The position numbers and the translations under genes were made by a program. A DNA stretch of 59,990 bases from Acidimicrobiia bacterium. Lineage in GTDB: Bacteria > Actinomycetota > Acidimicrobiia > UBA2766. The stretch covers positions 1-59,990 of the forward strand of contig JAIBAC010000003.1 of NCBI GenBank assembly GCA_019695375.1, in the 5' to 3' direction. Shown here one piece after another: positions 1 to 13,265 of the stretch. Each line of letters begins with the position of its first letter. Position 1 is the stretch's first letter. Below the pieces are notes generated by a model, which was given only the letters and a program-made list of their open reading frames with translations, did no database searches and was not told the DNA's origin.

Positions 1-503
1 AAGCGGCTCGCCGCCGCCGGCCCGATCGCCGGGTCGGCGGTCCCGTCGCTCTGGGCCTTCGCGACGAGGGCGCCGAAGAGGATCTCGACCTCGTGGAGCC
101 AGTCCCGCACGAGCACCGCGACCTCGGGGTCGCGCTTGGCGGCGACGACCGCCTCGATCAGCAGCGACGCCTCCTCGGGACGTGTGCGATCGTACTCGGA
201 GCCGATCGCGGTCACGAGCTCGCCGAGGTCGCCGATCACGCGCTCCGCGGCGGAGGCGAAGCCGACGCGGCCGAACCCGGCGGCCTCGCTGAAGTCGCGC
301 TCGGCGCCGTCGCGGATGACAGCCACGAACAGCTCCGCCTTCGACCCGAAGTGGGCGTAGATCGCGCCGCTGCTGAGGCCTGCCTCGCTCGTTATGTCGG
401 CGATCGTGGCACCGTCGTATCCCTTGCGCGCGAAGACGCGCGCGGCCGCGGTGACGAGCTCGGACCGGGTCTGCGCGGCGCTCACGCCGGCTTTGCGTCC
501 CAT
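1..503 (-). CDS. TetR/AcrR family regulator (3' end runs off window)
   Basis: Manual translation from ATG 503: MGRKAGVSAAQTRSELVTAAARVFARKGYDGATIADITSEAGLSSGAIYAHFGSKAELF, a classic TetR HTH; not in ORF track. Confidence 0.9.
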   Translation of the reverse strand, partial: MGRKAGVSAAQTRSELVTAAARVFARKGYDGATIADITSEAGLSSGAIYAHFGSKAELFVAVIRDGAERDFSEAAGFGRVGFASAAERVIGDLGELVTAIGSEYDRTRPEEASLLIEAVVAAKRDPEVAVLVRDWLHEVEILFGALVAKAQSDGTADPAIGPAAASR

Positions 504-541
504 CACTCGCCTCGCTCAGTCCACGACCTCTGCGGCCGGCC

Positions 542-1390
542 TCAGCCGAACAGCTTCGACAGCTCCCGCTGCAGCCGCGCAGCGAGCGTCACCGGCCCGT
601 GGTAGGTGACGGCGGGCAGGCGGCTGATCAGGTCGAAGAGCATGCCGTCGAGGCCGACGACCACGCGGCGGCGGTCGTGCTTGACGGCGTCGAGGATCGT
701 CGCCGCCGCGCGCTCAGGTGTCGTGCGTGCGATGAGGTTGAACGCGGCGGCGGGGTCGTCTCCCGGGATCGCCTGCGCCGCCCCCGGGTCGAGGCGGGCG
801 CTGCGGGCGATGTTGGTCTTGACGCCGCCGGGGTGCACGGTCGTGCACGACACGGGGCTGCCCTCGGTCTCGAGCTCGAGGCGGAGCGCGTCGGTGAAGC
901 CGCGCACCGCGAACTTGGCGGCGTTGTAGGCGGACTGCGTCGGCACCCCGACGAGGCCGAACACGCTCGACACGTTCACGATGTGGCCCTCGCCGTTCGC
1001 CTTCAGGTGCGGCAGGAACGCCTTCGTGCCGTACACCACGCCCCAGAAGTTGATGCCCATCAGCCACTCGAAGTCCTCGTAGGACATCGACTCGACCGTG
1101 TAGGCGAGCGCAACGCCGGCGTTGTTGATCACGAGGTCGACCTTGCCGTGGGCGGCGACGACCTCGTCGGCCCACGCGTGCACGGCGGCGCGGTCGGCGA
1201 CGTCGACGCGGGTCTGGGTGACCTTGACGGGGTGCTCGGCGCAGAGCGCGACGGTCTCCTCGAGGCCGGCCTCGTCGACGTCGCTGAGCGCGAGGTCGCA
1301 GCCGTCCTCGGCGAGCCGGACTGCGAGGGCGCGGCCGATGCCGGACGCGGCGCCGGTGATGGCGGCCACTCGCTCGTTGAAGTCCTTCAT
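542..1390 (-). CDS. Short-chain dehydrogenase/reductase
   Basis: TGAASGIG, NNAG and YNAAK motifs; start MKDFNERV at 1390. Confidence 0.92.
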   Translation of the reverse strand: MKDFNERVAAITGAASGIGRALAVRLAEDGCDLALSDVDEAGLEETVALCAEHPVKVTQTRVDVADRAAVHAWADEVVAAHGKVDLVINNAGVALAYTVESMSYEDFEWLMGINFWGVVYGTKAFLPHLKANGEGHIVNVSSVFGLVGVPTQSAYNAAKFAVRGFTDALRLELETEGSPVSCTTVHPGGVKTNIARSARLDPGAAQAIPGDDPAAAFNLIARTTPERAAATILDAVKHDRRRVVVGLDGMLFDLISRLPAVTYHGPVTLAARLQRELSKLFG

Positions 1391-1472
1391 CGTCTTCTCC
1401 TGGACAGGGACGAGGTGGGTGTCCGAGGACGCCATGATGGCGTCCCGGGGGTGCAGGACCCGCATCGGCGGA

Positions 1473-2360
1473 TCAAATGACCGTCCCCGCGACGCTGTCG
1501 CGCAGCTCTCCTTCGGGCCCGAACAGCTCCTCACGCCACATGACGACGAGCGCCTCGTTGTCGCGGTCGTCGGGGTGGAAGCCGGGCTTCTCGGCCGCCT
1601 TGAGGTCGTTCCAGACCCTGCGGCTGAAGACGGTGTGGCGGACGAACCTGGCGAGGCTGCGTGGCAGGACGCCGGGGCGCAGGCTCGCGGGATCGGTGAG
1701 GCTCGACAGGATCGTGCCCGCGAAGAGACCGCCCATGAAGCCGTAGCGGACGACCTTCATCGTGAGGATCCGCACGCGTTCGCTGCCGCCGACGGCGCGG
1801 TAGACGTCGAAGGCGACGGCCTTGTGCTCGGACTCCTCGAGCGCATGCCAGAGGAAGAGGCTGCGGATGGCGGGGTGTCCGAGGCTCGCACGCGCATCGG
1901 GGTCGGAGAGGAGACGCTCGGCGAGGGTGGCGGTCAGGTGCTCGAGGGCGACGGTCTCGGCGAGGTTGGACTGCGGCGACGCGACCCGCTCGCGCAGCCG
2001 CAGGAGGCGCCCGGTGGCGCGCTCGACGCGCTTGGTCACGTATCCGAGCTCGGCGAGGCGGTCGTTGAGGACGCGGTGCTCGCGGCCGTGGGTGGTCTCC
2101 TGGCCGATGAAACCCGCGACCTGGCGGCGCAGCACCGGATCGGTGATCTGGTCGCGGTAGTGGCGCACGGTGCGGATGAAGAACTCCTCGCCCTCGGGGA
2201 ACATCGCCGAGAGCGCTGCGCCCATGTGGCTCAGGAGGAGGTCGCCGTCGGCGGCGAAGTGCCTGGGCACCTCGGCGAGGGCGTCCTCGAAGCCGACGCG
2301 GCGGGCCTGGACCTTGCGGTCGCTGCTCGACTGCCGCGTCCCGGTCCCGGTGGTCGCCAT
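1473..2360 (-). CDS. Predicted metal-dependent hydrolase (COG3687-like)
   Basis: LSAMFPEGEEFF, QETTHGREH, LEHLTA, WHALEESEHKAVAFDVY motifs. Confidence 0.85.
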   Translation of the reverse strand: MATTGTGTRQSSSDRKVQARRVGFEDALAEVPRHFAADGDLLLSHMGAALSAMFPEGEEFFIRTVRHYRDQITDPVLRRQVAGFIGQETTHGREHRVLNDRLAELGYVTKRVERATGRLLRLRERVASPQSNLAETVALEHLTATLAERLLSDPDARASLGHPAIRSLFLWHALEESEHKAVAFDVYRAVGGSERVRILTMKVVRYGFMGGLFAGTILSSLTDPASLRPGVLPRSLARFVRHTVFSRRVWNDLKAAEKPGFHPDDRDNEALVVMWREELFGPEGELRDSVAGTVI

Positions 2361-2405
2361 GGCGATAAAGTAACGGACGCTCTTTTTGTTGTCAACGGGT
2401 CCATA

Positions 2406-2510
2406 TCTCGGCGCGGACAGAGACGCGAACCCCCGTCTCGGCGCGGGCCGGGCATCATGGTGCCGCCTGCGCGCCGAGACGTGTGGGGGCGTCCACGTGC
2501 GCGCCGAGAC
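2406..2510. repeat. Nested-palindrome REP-like element, family B
   Basis: TCTCGGCGCG at 2406 and 2436, inverse CGCGCCGAGA at 2470 and 2500, central GGCATC-AT-GGTGCC hairpin; intergenic downstream of katG. Confidence 0.75.
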
Positions 2511-2535
2511 TGCGTCGGAGCGGACGTGCGTGCGC

Positions 2536-5731
<3,196 letters not shown>

Positions 5732-5805
5732 GGGCGGACCGCCGGGCTAGACCGTCGTCCGCAGCGTAGCGATGCACTCGCCGCTCGTTTGGGGTAGAAG
5801 CAGGC

Positions 5806-7131
5806 ATGACCCCGATCTCGTTCTGGCACGACACCCTCGCCCCCGGCGACGACCTGACCCCGCGGGCACCGCTGCCCGGCGACACCGCGGTCGACGTCGC
5901 GATCGTGGGTGCCGGCCTCACCGGCCTGTGGACGGCGCACTCGCTCCTGCGGGCAGATCCGAGCCTCCGCGTCGTCGTGGTCGAACGCGAGGTCGCCGGT
6001 TTCGGCGCCTCAGGCCGCAACGGCGGCTGGTGCCTCGGCGAGTACAGCGGCGGCGTCGGCCCCACAGAGCGCGCCCTCGGGCGCGGCGCCGCGGCGGCGA
6101 TGGCGCGCGAGATGTTTCGCAGCGTCACCGAGGTCGGCGCCGTGGTCGCGGACGCGGGGATCGACTGCGGCTTCCACCGTGGCGGCGCCATCTACATCGC
6201 GACCAACGCAGGCCAGCTCAAGCGTCTGAAGAAGAAGCACGAGGAGTACGTCCGTCATGGCCTCGGCGACGCATGGGAGCTGCTCGACGCCAAACGTGCC
6301 TCGACGGTCGTCGACGCGCGTGGCGTCGTCGGCGGCCTCCACACACCGCACGCCGCGGCGCTGCATCCGGCACGCCTGACCCGCGGCCTCGCCGACGAGG
6401 TCGAGCACCTCGGAGGCACCATCTGTGAGGCCACCGCCGTGTACGCCATCGAAAAGGGCTGCGTCCGCACCGACCACGGCGACGTGCGTGCAGACGTGGT
6501 CGTGCGTGCGACCGAGGGGTACACGTCCAGCATCGAAGGTCACGGGCGCGACATCCTGCCGCTCGGGAACTACATGGTCGTGACCGAGCCGATCGACTAC
6601 CCGGCGTGGAAGCAGATCGGGCTCGCGAACCGTGAGCTGCTCGAGCTCTCGTACCTGCTGCTCGGCTACGGGCAGCGCACCGCCGACGGCCGCATCGCGT
6701 GGGGGGGCCTGAGCGGGCCGTCGTGGTGGGCCGGTCACATCCCGCCGTCGCCGATGCGCGACAGCCGCGTCGAGGCGCGCCTGCGCCGCGCCCTCGTCGA
6801 CATGTTCCCCGTGCTCGACGGCATCGGCTTCACCCACCACTGGGGTGGGGTGCTGGGCGTGCCCCGCGACCTCCAGCCCGGCATCGGCTTCGACCGCGCC
6901 AAGGGCTACGCGTGGGCGGGTGGCTACACCGGCCAGGGAGTCGCAGCCGCGAACGCCGCCGGCCGCGGTCTCGCCGACCTCATCCTCGACGTCGACAGCG
7001 ACCTCGTGCACCTGCCCTGGGTAGGGCACCGCTCCCGGCGGTGGGAACCGGAGCCGTGGCGCTGGCTCGGGGTCCACTCCGCCATATCGGCCATGCGCGC
7101 CGTCGACACCGCCGACCGCCTCCGCGGCTGA
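5806..7131 (+). CDS. FAD-dependent oxidoreductase (DAO/PuuB-like)
   Basis: GAGLTG, GASGRNGGW, YTGQGVAAAN. Confidence 0.85.
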   Translation: MTPISFWHDTLAPGDDLTPRAPLPGDTAVDVAIVGAGLTGLWTAHSLLRADPSLRVVVVEREVAGFGASGRNGGWCLGEYSGGVGPTERALGRGAAAAMAREMFRSVTEVGAVVADAGIDCGFHRGGAIYIATNAGQLKRLKKKHEEYVRHGLGDAWELLDAKRASTVVDARGVVGGLHTPHAAALHPARLTRGLADEVEHLGGTICEATAVYAIEKGCVRTDHGDVRADVVVRATEGYTSSIEGHGRDILPLGNYMVVTEPIDYPAWKQIGLANRELLELSYLLLGYGQRTADGRIAWGGLSGPSWWAGHIPPSPMRDSRVEARLRRALVDMFPVLDGIGFTHHWGGVLGVPRDLQPGIGFDRAKGYAWAGGYTGQGVAAANAAGRGLADLILDVDSDLVHLPWVGHRSRRWEPEPWRWLGVHSAISAMRAVDTADRLRG

Positions 7132-7215
7132 GCCCGCGGCAGTCGCCAATCGGTCGGGACGTGCGTAGTCTCGGGCGCCGGATGGCTGCGCGCAGTGCGG
7201 CGGAAGGTGGACACG

Positions 7216-8613
7216 GTGTCGACGCTCGACCTGTCACGTTGGCAATTCGCACTCACGACCTTGTTCCACTTCGTCTTCGTGCCGCTCACGATCGGGTTGT
7301 CGTGGCTCGTGGCGGTGATGCAGACAGCGTGGCGCCGCACCGGTGACGACGAGTGGCTGCGCCTGACGCGGTTCTTCGGCAAGCTCCTCCTGATCAACGT
7401 CGCGATCGGTGTCGCGACCGGGTTGGTGCAGGAGTTCCAGTTCGGCATGAACTGGTCGAGCTACTCCCGCTTCGTCGGCGACGTCTTCGGCGCCCCCCTC
7501 GCGATAGAGGGGCTCGCGGCGTTCTTCCTCGAGTCGACGTTCCTGGGGGCGTGGATCTTCGGGTGGGGCAAGATCCCGCCGCGGCTGCACCTCGCGACGA
7601 TCTATCTCGCCGCGATCGGCGCCACGCTGTCGGCCGTGTTCATCCTGGCGGCGAACTCCTGGATGCAGCATCCGGTCGGGTACACGATCGCGGACGGTAC
7701 CGGGCGCGCCCAGCTCACCGACATCGGAGCGCTGTTCACGAACAAGGTGTTCATCTGGGCGCTGTTCCACACGCTGCTCGCCGCGTTCGTCATCGGGGGA
7801 ACCCTCCTCGTCGCGGTGTCGTGCTGGCACCTGCGGCGCGGCCGCGACGTGGCCGCGTTCCGGCGCACGGCGGCGATGGGTCTCGCGGTCATGTTCCCGG
7901 CGGTCGGGCTCGCGCTCATGACCGGCGGCCGCCTCGCGGTCACGATCACCGAGGTCCAGCCGATGAAGACCGCCGCCATGGAGTCACTGTGGCAGACCGA
8001 GGCGCCCGCATCGTTCTCGCTGTTCCAGATCGGCGGCATGCAGCCCGGCACCGAACCGGTCGTCGACATCGAGATCCCGCACCTTCTGTCTCTGCTCGCG
8101 ACGGCTTCGTGGGACGGCGAGGTCCAGGGGATCGACCCTCTTCAGGCCCAGTCCGAGCAGCAGTACGGCGACGGCTCCTACGTTCCCGTGATCCCGCTCG
8201 CGTACTGGAGCCTGCGCGCGATGGCGTATCTCGGAATGGTGCTGCTGCTGTTCTCCGGAACCGGGCTGTTCCTGCTCAAGTACCGCTCACTCGAGGACGC
8301 GCACTGGTTCCACCGGCTGGCGACATGGTCCATCGCGCTGCCGATCCTGATCAACCTCTCCGGCTGGATCCTCGCCGAGACCGGCCGCCAACCCTGGGTC
8401 GTGTGGGGTCTGCAGAAGACCGCGGACGGCGTCTCGCCCTCGATCGGTGCGACCCAGGTGTGGGCATCGATCCTCGGCTTCGGAGCCCTGTACGCCGTGC
8501 TCGGGGTGATCGAGCTCCGCCTCATGCGCCGCTACGCACGCGAGGGCCTGGAACCGCCCCCGTCCGAGGGCTCCGACGAACCCGACGAGCGCCTCACCGC
8601 GCTCAGCTACTGA
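7216..8613 (+). CDS. cydA: Cytochrome bd ubiquinol oxidase subunit I
   Basis: SRWQF..FHFVFVP, QEFQFGMNWS, QPMKTAAME, GRQPW; GTG start at 7216 inferred. Confidence 0.96.
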   Translation: MSTLDLSRWQFALTTLFHFVFVPLTIGLSWLVAVMQTAWRRTGDDEWLRLTRFFGKLLLINVAIGVATGLVQEFQFGMNWSSYSRFVGDVFGAPLAIEGLAAFFLESTFLGAWIFGWGKIPPRLHLATIYLAAIGATLSAVFILAANSWMQHPVGYTIADGTGRAQLTDIGALFTNKVFIWALFHTLLAAFVIGGTLLVAVSCWHLRRGRDVAAFRRTAAMGLAVMFPAVGLALMTGGRLAVTITEVQPMKTAAMESLWQTEAPASFSLFQIGGMQPGTEPVVDIEIPHLLSLLATASWDGEVQGIDPLQAQSEQQYGDGSYVPVIPLAYWSLRAMAYLGMVLLLFSGTGLFLLKYRSLEDAHWFHRLATWSIALPILINLSGWILAETGRQPWVVWGLQKTADGVSPSIGATQVWASILGFGALYAVLGVIELRLMRRYAREGLEPPPSEGSDEPDERLTALSY

Positions 8614-8630
8614 GGTGCAGAGGTGACCGC

Positions 8631-9698
8631 ATGAGCCTGCAGACGACCTGGTTCATCCTCATCACCGTCCTCTGGTCGGGCTTCTTCCTCCTCGAGGGGT
8701 TCGACTTCGGTGTCGGCATGCTCACCCCGTTCGTGGGCCGCGACCTCGACGAGCGCCGCCTTCTCAAGGGGACGACCGGTCCGTTCTGGGACGGGAACGA
8801 GGTGTGGTTGATAGTCGCGGGCGGCGCCACCTTCGCCGCCTTCCCGGACTGGTACGCGACCATGTTCTCCGCGTTCTACGTCCCGCTGATCCTCGTGCTC
8901 GCCGCCCTCATCGTGCGAGCCACCGGTACCGAGTACCGCGACCGCCGCGACAGCGAGCGCTGGCAGACCGCCTGGGACTGGGTGATCGCGGTGGCGTGCC
9001 TTCTCGCTCCGCTGCTTCTGGGCATCGCGCTCGGTGGTCTCCTCGGCGGAGTCCCGATCGACTCCGACATGGAGTTCACCGGCGGCTTCGTCGATCTCGT
9101 CCAGCCCTATGCACTTGTCACCGGCGCGACGTTCCTGGCGCTCAGCCTCTTGCAGGGCGCCCTGTTCCTGCGCCTGCGAATCACCGACGACCTCCGCGCC
9201 CGCGCCCAGCGCAGCGCCCGCACCATCGCCGTCGTCGCGGTCGTCGTGTTGGCCGTACAGCTCGTCTGGACGACCGTGATCGAACCCGGCGACACGGTCA
9301 TCCCCGGGGCGTGGGCGTGGCTGGCGATCACCTTCGCGGTCGCGGCGGCGCTCGTCGCCGGCGAGGACCGCCACGAGGGCTGGGCATTCGCATCCAGCTC
9401 TGCCGCCGTGGTGTTCACGATGGCGAACCTGTTCGCCACCCTGTACCCGAACACGATGGTCTCGGCGACGTCGACGGCGAACAACATCACGGTCTACGAC
9501 AGCTCGAGCCCGTACACGCTCAGGCTCATGACCATCGTGGCCGCCGTCATGGTCCCCGTCGTGCTCGCCTACACCGCCTGGAACTACTGGGTCTACCGCC
9601 AGCGGATCCACCCCCGTACCGCACCGACCCCCACCGACGACGCCGACGCCGCGCCACCACCGGCGCCGGCGTCGGGACTGAGCGCCGAGTCGCATTAG
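8631..9698 (+). CDS. cydB: Cytochrome bd ubiquinol oxidase subunit II
   Basis: LEGFDFGVGML, GPFWDGNEVWL..GGATFAAFP; true start ATG 8631 within track ORF 7353..9698. Confidence 0.95.
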   Translation: MSLQTTWFILITVLWSGFFLLEGFDFGVGMLTPFVGRDLDERRLLKGTTGPFWDGNEVWLIVAGGATFAAFPDWYATMFSAFYVPLILVLAALIVRATGTEYRDRRDSERWQTAWDWVIAVACLLAPLLLGIALGGLLGGVPIDSDMEFTGGFVDLVQPYALVTGATFLALSLLQGALFLRLRITDDLRARAQRSARTIAVVAVVVLAVQLVWTTVIEPGDTVIPGAWAWLAITFAVAAALVAGEDRHEGWAFASSSAAVVFTMANLFATLYPNTMVSATSTANNITVYDSSSPYTLRLMTIVAAVMVPVVLAYTAWNYWVYRQRIHPRTAPTPTDDADAAPPPAPASGLSAESH

Positions 9699-9704
9699 GC
9701 TCCC

Positions 9705-12700
9705 GTGACCGAACCGGTGCGGCCCGTCGTCGACGGCGTCGACCCCCTCGACGCCGGTGCCCGCAAGGCACGCCGCGGACCCGTCGACACGGAGCTCCTG
9801 CGCCTCGTACCGCCCCTGAGACGCCACCTGCGCGTGTGCGCGGGTCTGGCGCTACTGACCACGCTCGTGGTGCTCGCCGAGGCGGCGATCATCGGGCGCG
9901 AGCTGCCCCGCCTCGTGTCCGGGCAGGCGGGCACCGCCGCCCGTCTTGCCGGCGCACTCGCCGTCGTCGGGCTGGTGCGTCTCGGCTCGGCATGGGCGCA
10001 CGAGTGGTCGGCCGCCGTCGCAGCCGACGGAACACGCCGATCGGTCACCGGCCGGGTCGTCGACCACGTGCTCGCCCTCGACGAGACGGGAGCGGCGCAG
10101 GTGAGCCCCGCACGTGCGACCACGCTGGTGACCGACGGCGTCGACGCGCTCACGCCGTGGATCCGCGCCTACGTCCCAGCACTGTGCCAGGCCGTCACGG
10201 TGCCCCTCGCCGCCGGGTGCGCGATCCTCGTGGCGGATCCCGCCTCGGCTCTGATCCTGGCCGTGACCGTGCCGCTGATACCGGTGTTCATGGTCCTGAT
10301 CGGCCGCTACACCGAGGACCGCACGAGGCGGCAGTGGGCGACGCTGCAGCGTCTCACGGGTCACTTCCACGACGTCCTCGTCGGGCTGCCGACTCTGCGC
10401 CTCTTCGGGCGCGCCCACGCTCAGGTCCAACGCGTGCGAGCGGTCAGCGAGCAGTACCGCGTCGCCGTGATGCGGACGCTGCGTGTGGCGTTCCTGTCCG
10501 CAGCCGCCATGGAGCTGCTCTCGATGCTGTCGGTCGCGCTCGTCGCCGTCACCATCGGGTACCGCCTCAGCACCGGATCGGTCTCGCTCGAGACAGCGCT
10601 GTTCGTGCTCCTGCTGGCACCGGAGTGCTCCGCCCCGATCCGCAGGGTGGGCGCCGCGTTCCACACGGCGCAGGCAGGTGCCGACGCGGCCGCCGAGCTC
10701 CGTGAGGTCCTCGCCGCTCCCACGACTCCCGACGGAGACATCCGCGCCGTCGACGCCGTGGCGCCCTCGCTGCGCTTCTCCGGCGTGACCGTGGTCGACC
10801 CGCGGCGAGGACGGCGGGTCGGCCCCGTCGACGCCGAGATCCCCGGCGGCTCCGTGCTCGCGGTCGTCGGTCCCAGCGGTGCCGGCAAGACGACTCTCCT
10901 CGACGCCGTGCGCTGCCGCGTCCCGCTGACAGAGGGGAGCATCGAGCTCGGCGGTGTCGCCGTCGATGCGCTCACTCGCTCCGCGCGGAACGCCGCGTGC
11001 GCCTGGGTCCCCCAGCACGTCGATCCGGTCGGCACCGACGTCCGGACCGCGGTCGCCGCGGGAACGCCTCACGACCCACCACGCCGGAGCGCGGACAGCG
11101 GTGAGGTAGACGACGTCCTCGCGGCGCTCGATCTCACCGCGCTCGCATCCCGCAATTTGAGCGAGCTCTCCGGCGGTGAGCTCCAGCGCGTCGCCGTCGC
11201 CCGTGCCGTCCTGCGATGCCGGACCGACCCGCGGGTCCTGGTGCTACTCGCCGACGAGCCCACGTCCCATCTAGACGAGGCGCGCAGCGACCTGGTGCTC
11301 GCGGCCCTGGCTGGTGTCGCGGCGGCAGGGACCGCTGTGGTCGTCGCGACCCACGACAGCCGCATCACGGATCGTGCGGACCGGGTCGTGGCGGTGGCAG
11401 CACCGGAGGCTGCGGGCACCCTCGACAGCCACGACGTCGCCGGCCCGGCCGACCCGGCTGCGCCGGCCTCGCTTCCCCCGGCGCCGGACCCGTCCGCTCA
11501 GGCGACAGCCGCTGCGCACGCGGGCTCATCCGACGACCTCGGCTGGTACCGCAGGCTGATCCGCCACCAGCGCGTCCGCGTCGTCGCCGGCCGTGTGCTG
11601 GGGGTGGCGGCCGAGGCCTGCACCGTCGGACTGGTGGGCACAGCGGCGTGGCTCATCATGCGCGCCGCCGAGCGGCCGTCGTTCTCCGACCTCGCCCTCG
11701 CGGCGGTCGCCGTGCGGGCGTTCGCGCTCGGCAAGGGACTGCTGCGCTACTGCGAACGCCTCGTGTCCCACGACGCCGTCTTCCGCGCGATCGCCGACGT
11801 ACGCGGTGCGGTGGTCGAGCGGCTCGGTCGCATCGCTCCCGGCGGAGTGCCGGACATGGGGCGGGGAGACGTGATGGCTCGTGTCGTCGACGACGTCGAC
11901 CGCCTCTCGGACCTCGAGCTGCGCGTCAGGGGCCCCATGGTCTCCGGTGTCGTCGTGGGTGCCGCCACGAGCGTCGTCGCCTGGTTAGTGGCGCCCGCGT
12001 TCGGGATCGTGTACGCCGCGGCTGTCGTCGTCGTGACCGTCTTGCTCACCGGCGCTACACGTGTGCTGACCGCGGCGTCGGTGCGCCGCCGCACCGCGGC
12101 GCGTACAGAGCTGGCGGGCGACACCTTGGAGCTGGCGGAGTGCGCCGACGTGCTGGTGTCGAACGGTGCTTCGCGGGAGTGGACCGACCGCATCGCAGCC
12201 GCCGTCGACAGCCTCGGCCGTGAGGAACGCCACCGCGGGCGCCGCATGGGTGGTGTCGAGGCAGGCGCAGCGTTGGTGGCGCCGCTGCTTGCCGCCGCCG
12301 TCGTGGTCGTCTACGGGACCGTCGGATCCCCTTCGGTGAGCGGTCCGGTCCTCGGCGCCCTCGTGCTGGTCCCGTTCGCGCTGATGGAGGTGCTGGCACC
12401 GCTCCTGCAGGCCGGCGAGACCCACGTCGCGGTGCGGACCGCGGCTCGACGCGTCCATGCGCTGCTGCAAGCACCCGACCCCGTCGCGGAGCCGGCAGAA
12501 CCCGTGACGGTACCCGACAGCACCGCCTCCGTGGAGCTCGCCGCGGCGACACTGCGCTGGCCCCGATCCGCGCGTCCCGTGATGACCGGCCTCGATCTCG
12601 CACTCGACGCCGGCACGGCTCTCCGCATCGAGGGACCGAGTGGGTCCGGCAAGTCCACGATCGCGGCGGCGCTGGTCCGCTTCATCGGCATCGACCGCGG

Positions 12701-13205
12701 GCACTACCTCCTCGGCGGTGTCGACACGAACAGGATCGGCGGCGACAAGGTCAGGGACGTGGTGGTCTGGTGCCAGCAGTCGCCGTGGCTGGCAGCGACA
12801 TCGGTGCGCGAGAACCTCCTCCTCGCGGCTCCTGATGCGACCGACGAGCAGCTCTGGGACGCACTGGGTTCGGTGCAGCTCGCCGGGTGGGCCGCTGAAC
12901 TGGCGGACGGTCTCTCGACCCCCGTCGGACGTGGTGGCACCGCCGTGAGCGGCGGCCAGCGACAACGGCTGGCGCTCGCACGGGTCCTACTCGCGGGACG
13001 TCGCGTGGTTGTGCTCGACGAGCCCACCGCCCATCTCGACGCCACGACCGCCGACCTGGTGCTGCGCGACCTGCTCGGCGCGCTCGGCGACAGGACCGTC
13101 GTCGTGCTCGCGCACGGCCGCCACCGAGCTCCGGGCGGCGACGTGCCCACGTTGGACCTCACGCCCACCGCCGATCGCAGCGACGACGTCGCCTCGCGGC
13201 GCTGA
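9705..13205 (+). CDS. cydDC: Fused CydD-CydC thiol reductant ABC exporter
   Basis: Two TMD+NBD halves: GPSGAGKTT/LSGGE/DEPT and GPSGSGKST/VSGGQ/DEPT; RYCERLVSHD CydC motif; Pro/Ala linker. Confidence 0.9.
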   Translation: MTEPVRPVVDGVDPLDAGARKARRGPVDTELLRLVPPLRRHLRVCAGLALLTTLVVLAEAAIIGRELPRLVSGQAGTAARLAGALAVVGLVRLGSAWAHEWSAAVAADGTRRSVTGRVVDHVLALDETGAAQVSPARATTLVTDGVDALTPWIRAYVPALCQAVTVPLAAGCAILVADPASALILAVTVPLIPVFMVLIGRYTEDRTRRQWATLQRLTGHFHDVLVGLPTLRLFGRAHAQVQRVRAVSEQYRVAVMRTLRVAFLSAAAMELLSMLSVALVAVTIGYRLSTGSVSLETALFVLLLAPECSAPIRRVGAAFHTAQAGADAAAELREVLAAPTTPDGDIRAVDAVAPSLRFSGVTVVDPRRGRRVGPVDAEIPGGSVLAVVGPSGAGKTTLLDAVRCRVPLTEGSIELGGVAVDALTRSARNAACAWVPQHVDPVGTDVRTAVAAGTPHDPPRRSADSGEVDDVLAALDLTALASRNLSELSGGELQRVAVARAVLRCRTDPRVLVLLADEPTSHLDEARSDLVLAALAGVAAAGTAVVVATHDSRITDRADRVVAVAAPEAAGTLDSHDVAGPADPAAPASLPPAPDPSAQATAAAHAGSSDDLGWYRRLIRHQRVRVVAGRVLGVAAEACTVGLVGTAAWLIMRAAERPSFSDLALAAVAVRAFALGKGLLRYCERLVSHDAVFRAIADVRGAVVERLGRIAPGGVPDMGRGDVMARVVDDVDRLSDLELRVRGPMVSGVVVGAATSVVAWLVAPAFGIVYAAAVVVVTVLLTGATRVLTAASVRRRTAARTELAGDTLELAECADVLVSNGASREWTDRIAAAVDSLGREERHRGRRMGGVEAGAALVAPLLAAAVVVVYGTVGSPSVSGPVLGALVLVPFALMEVLAPLLQAGETHVAVRTAARRVHALLQAPDPVAEPAEPVTVPDSTASVELAAATLRWPRSARPVMTGLDLALDAGTALRIEGPSGSGKSTIAAALVRFIGIDRGHYLLGGVDTNRIGGDKVRDVVVWCQQSPWLAATSVRENLLLAAPDATDEQLWDALGSVQLAGWAAELADGLSTPVGRGGTAVSGGQRQRLALARVLLAGRRVVVLDEPTAHLDATTADLVLRDLLGALGDRTVVVLAHGRHRAPGGDVPTLDLTPTADRSDDVASRR

Positions 13206-13265
13206 CACGCGGGCGCAGCCGTGCTACCCATGGCCGTCGCAACGTACGCACCCGAGGAGGTCGCT

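Noticed and set aside
7353-8630. Long N-terminal extension of cydB
   Set aside because: Out-of-frame overlap with cydA; CydB similarity begins at ATG 8631.
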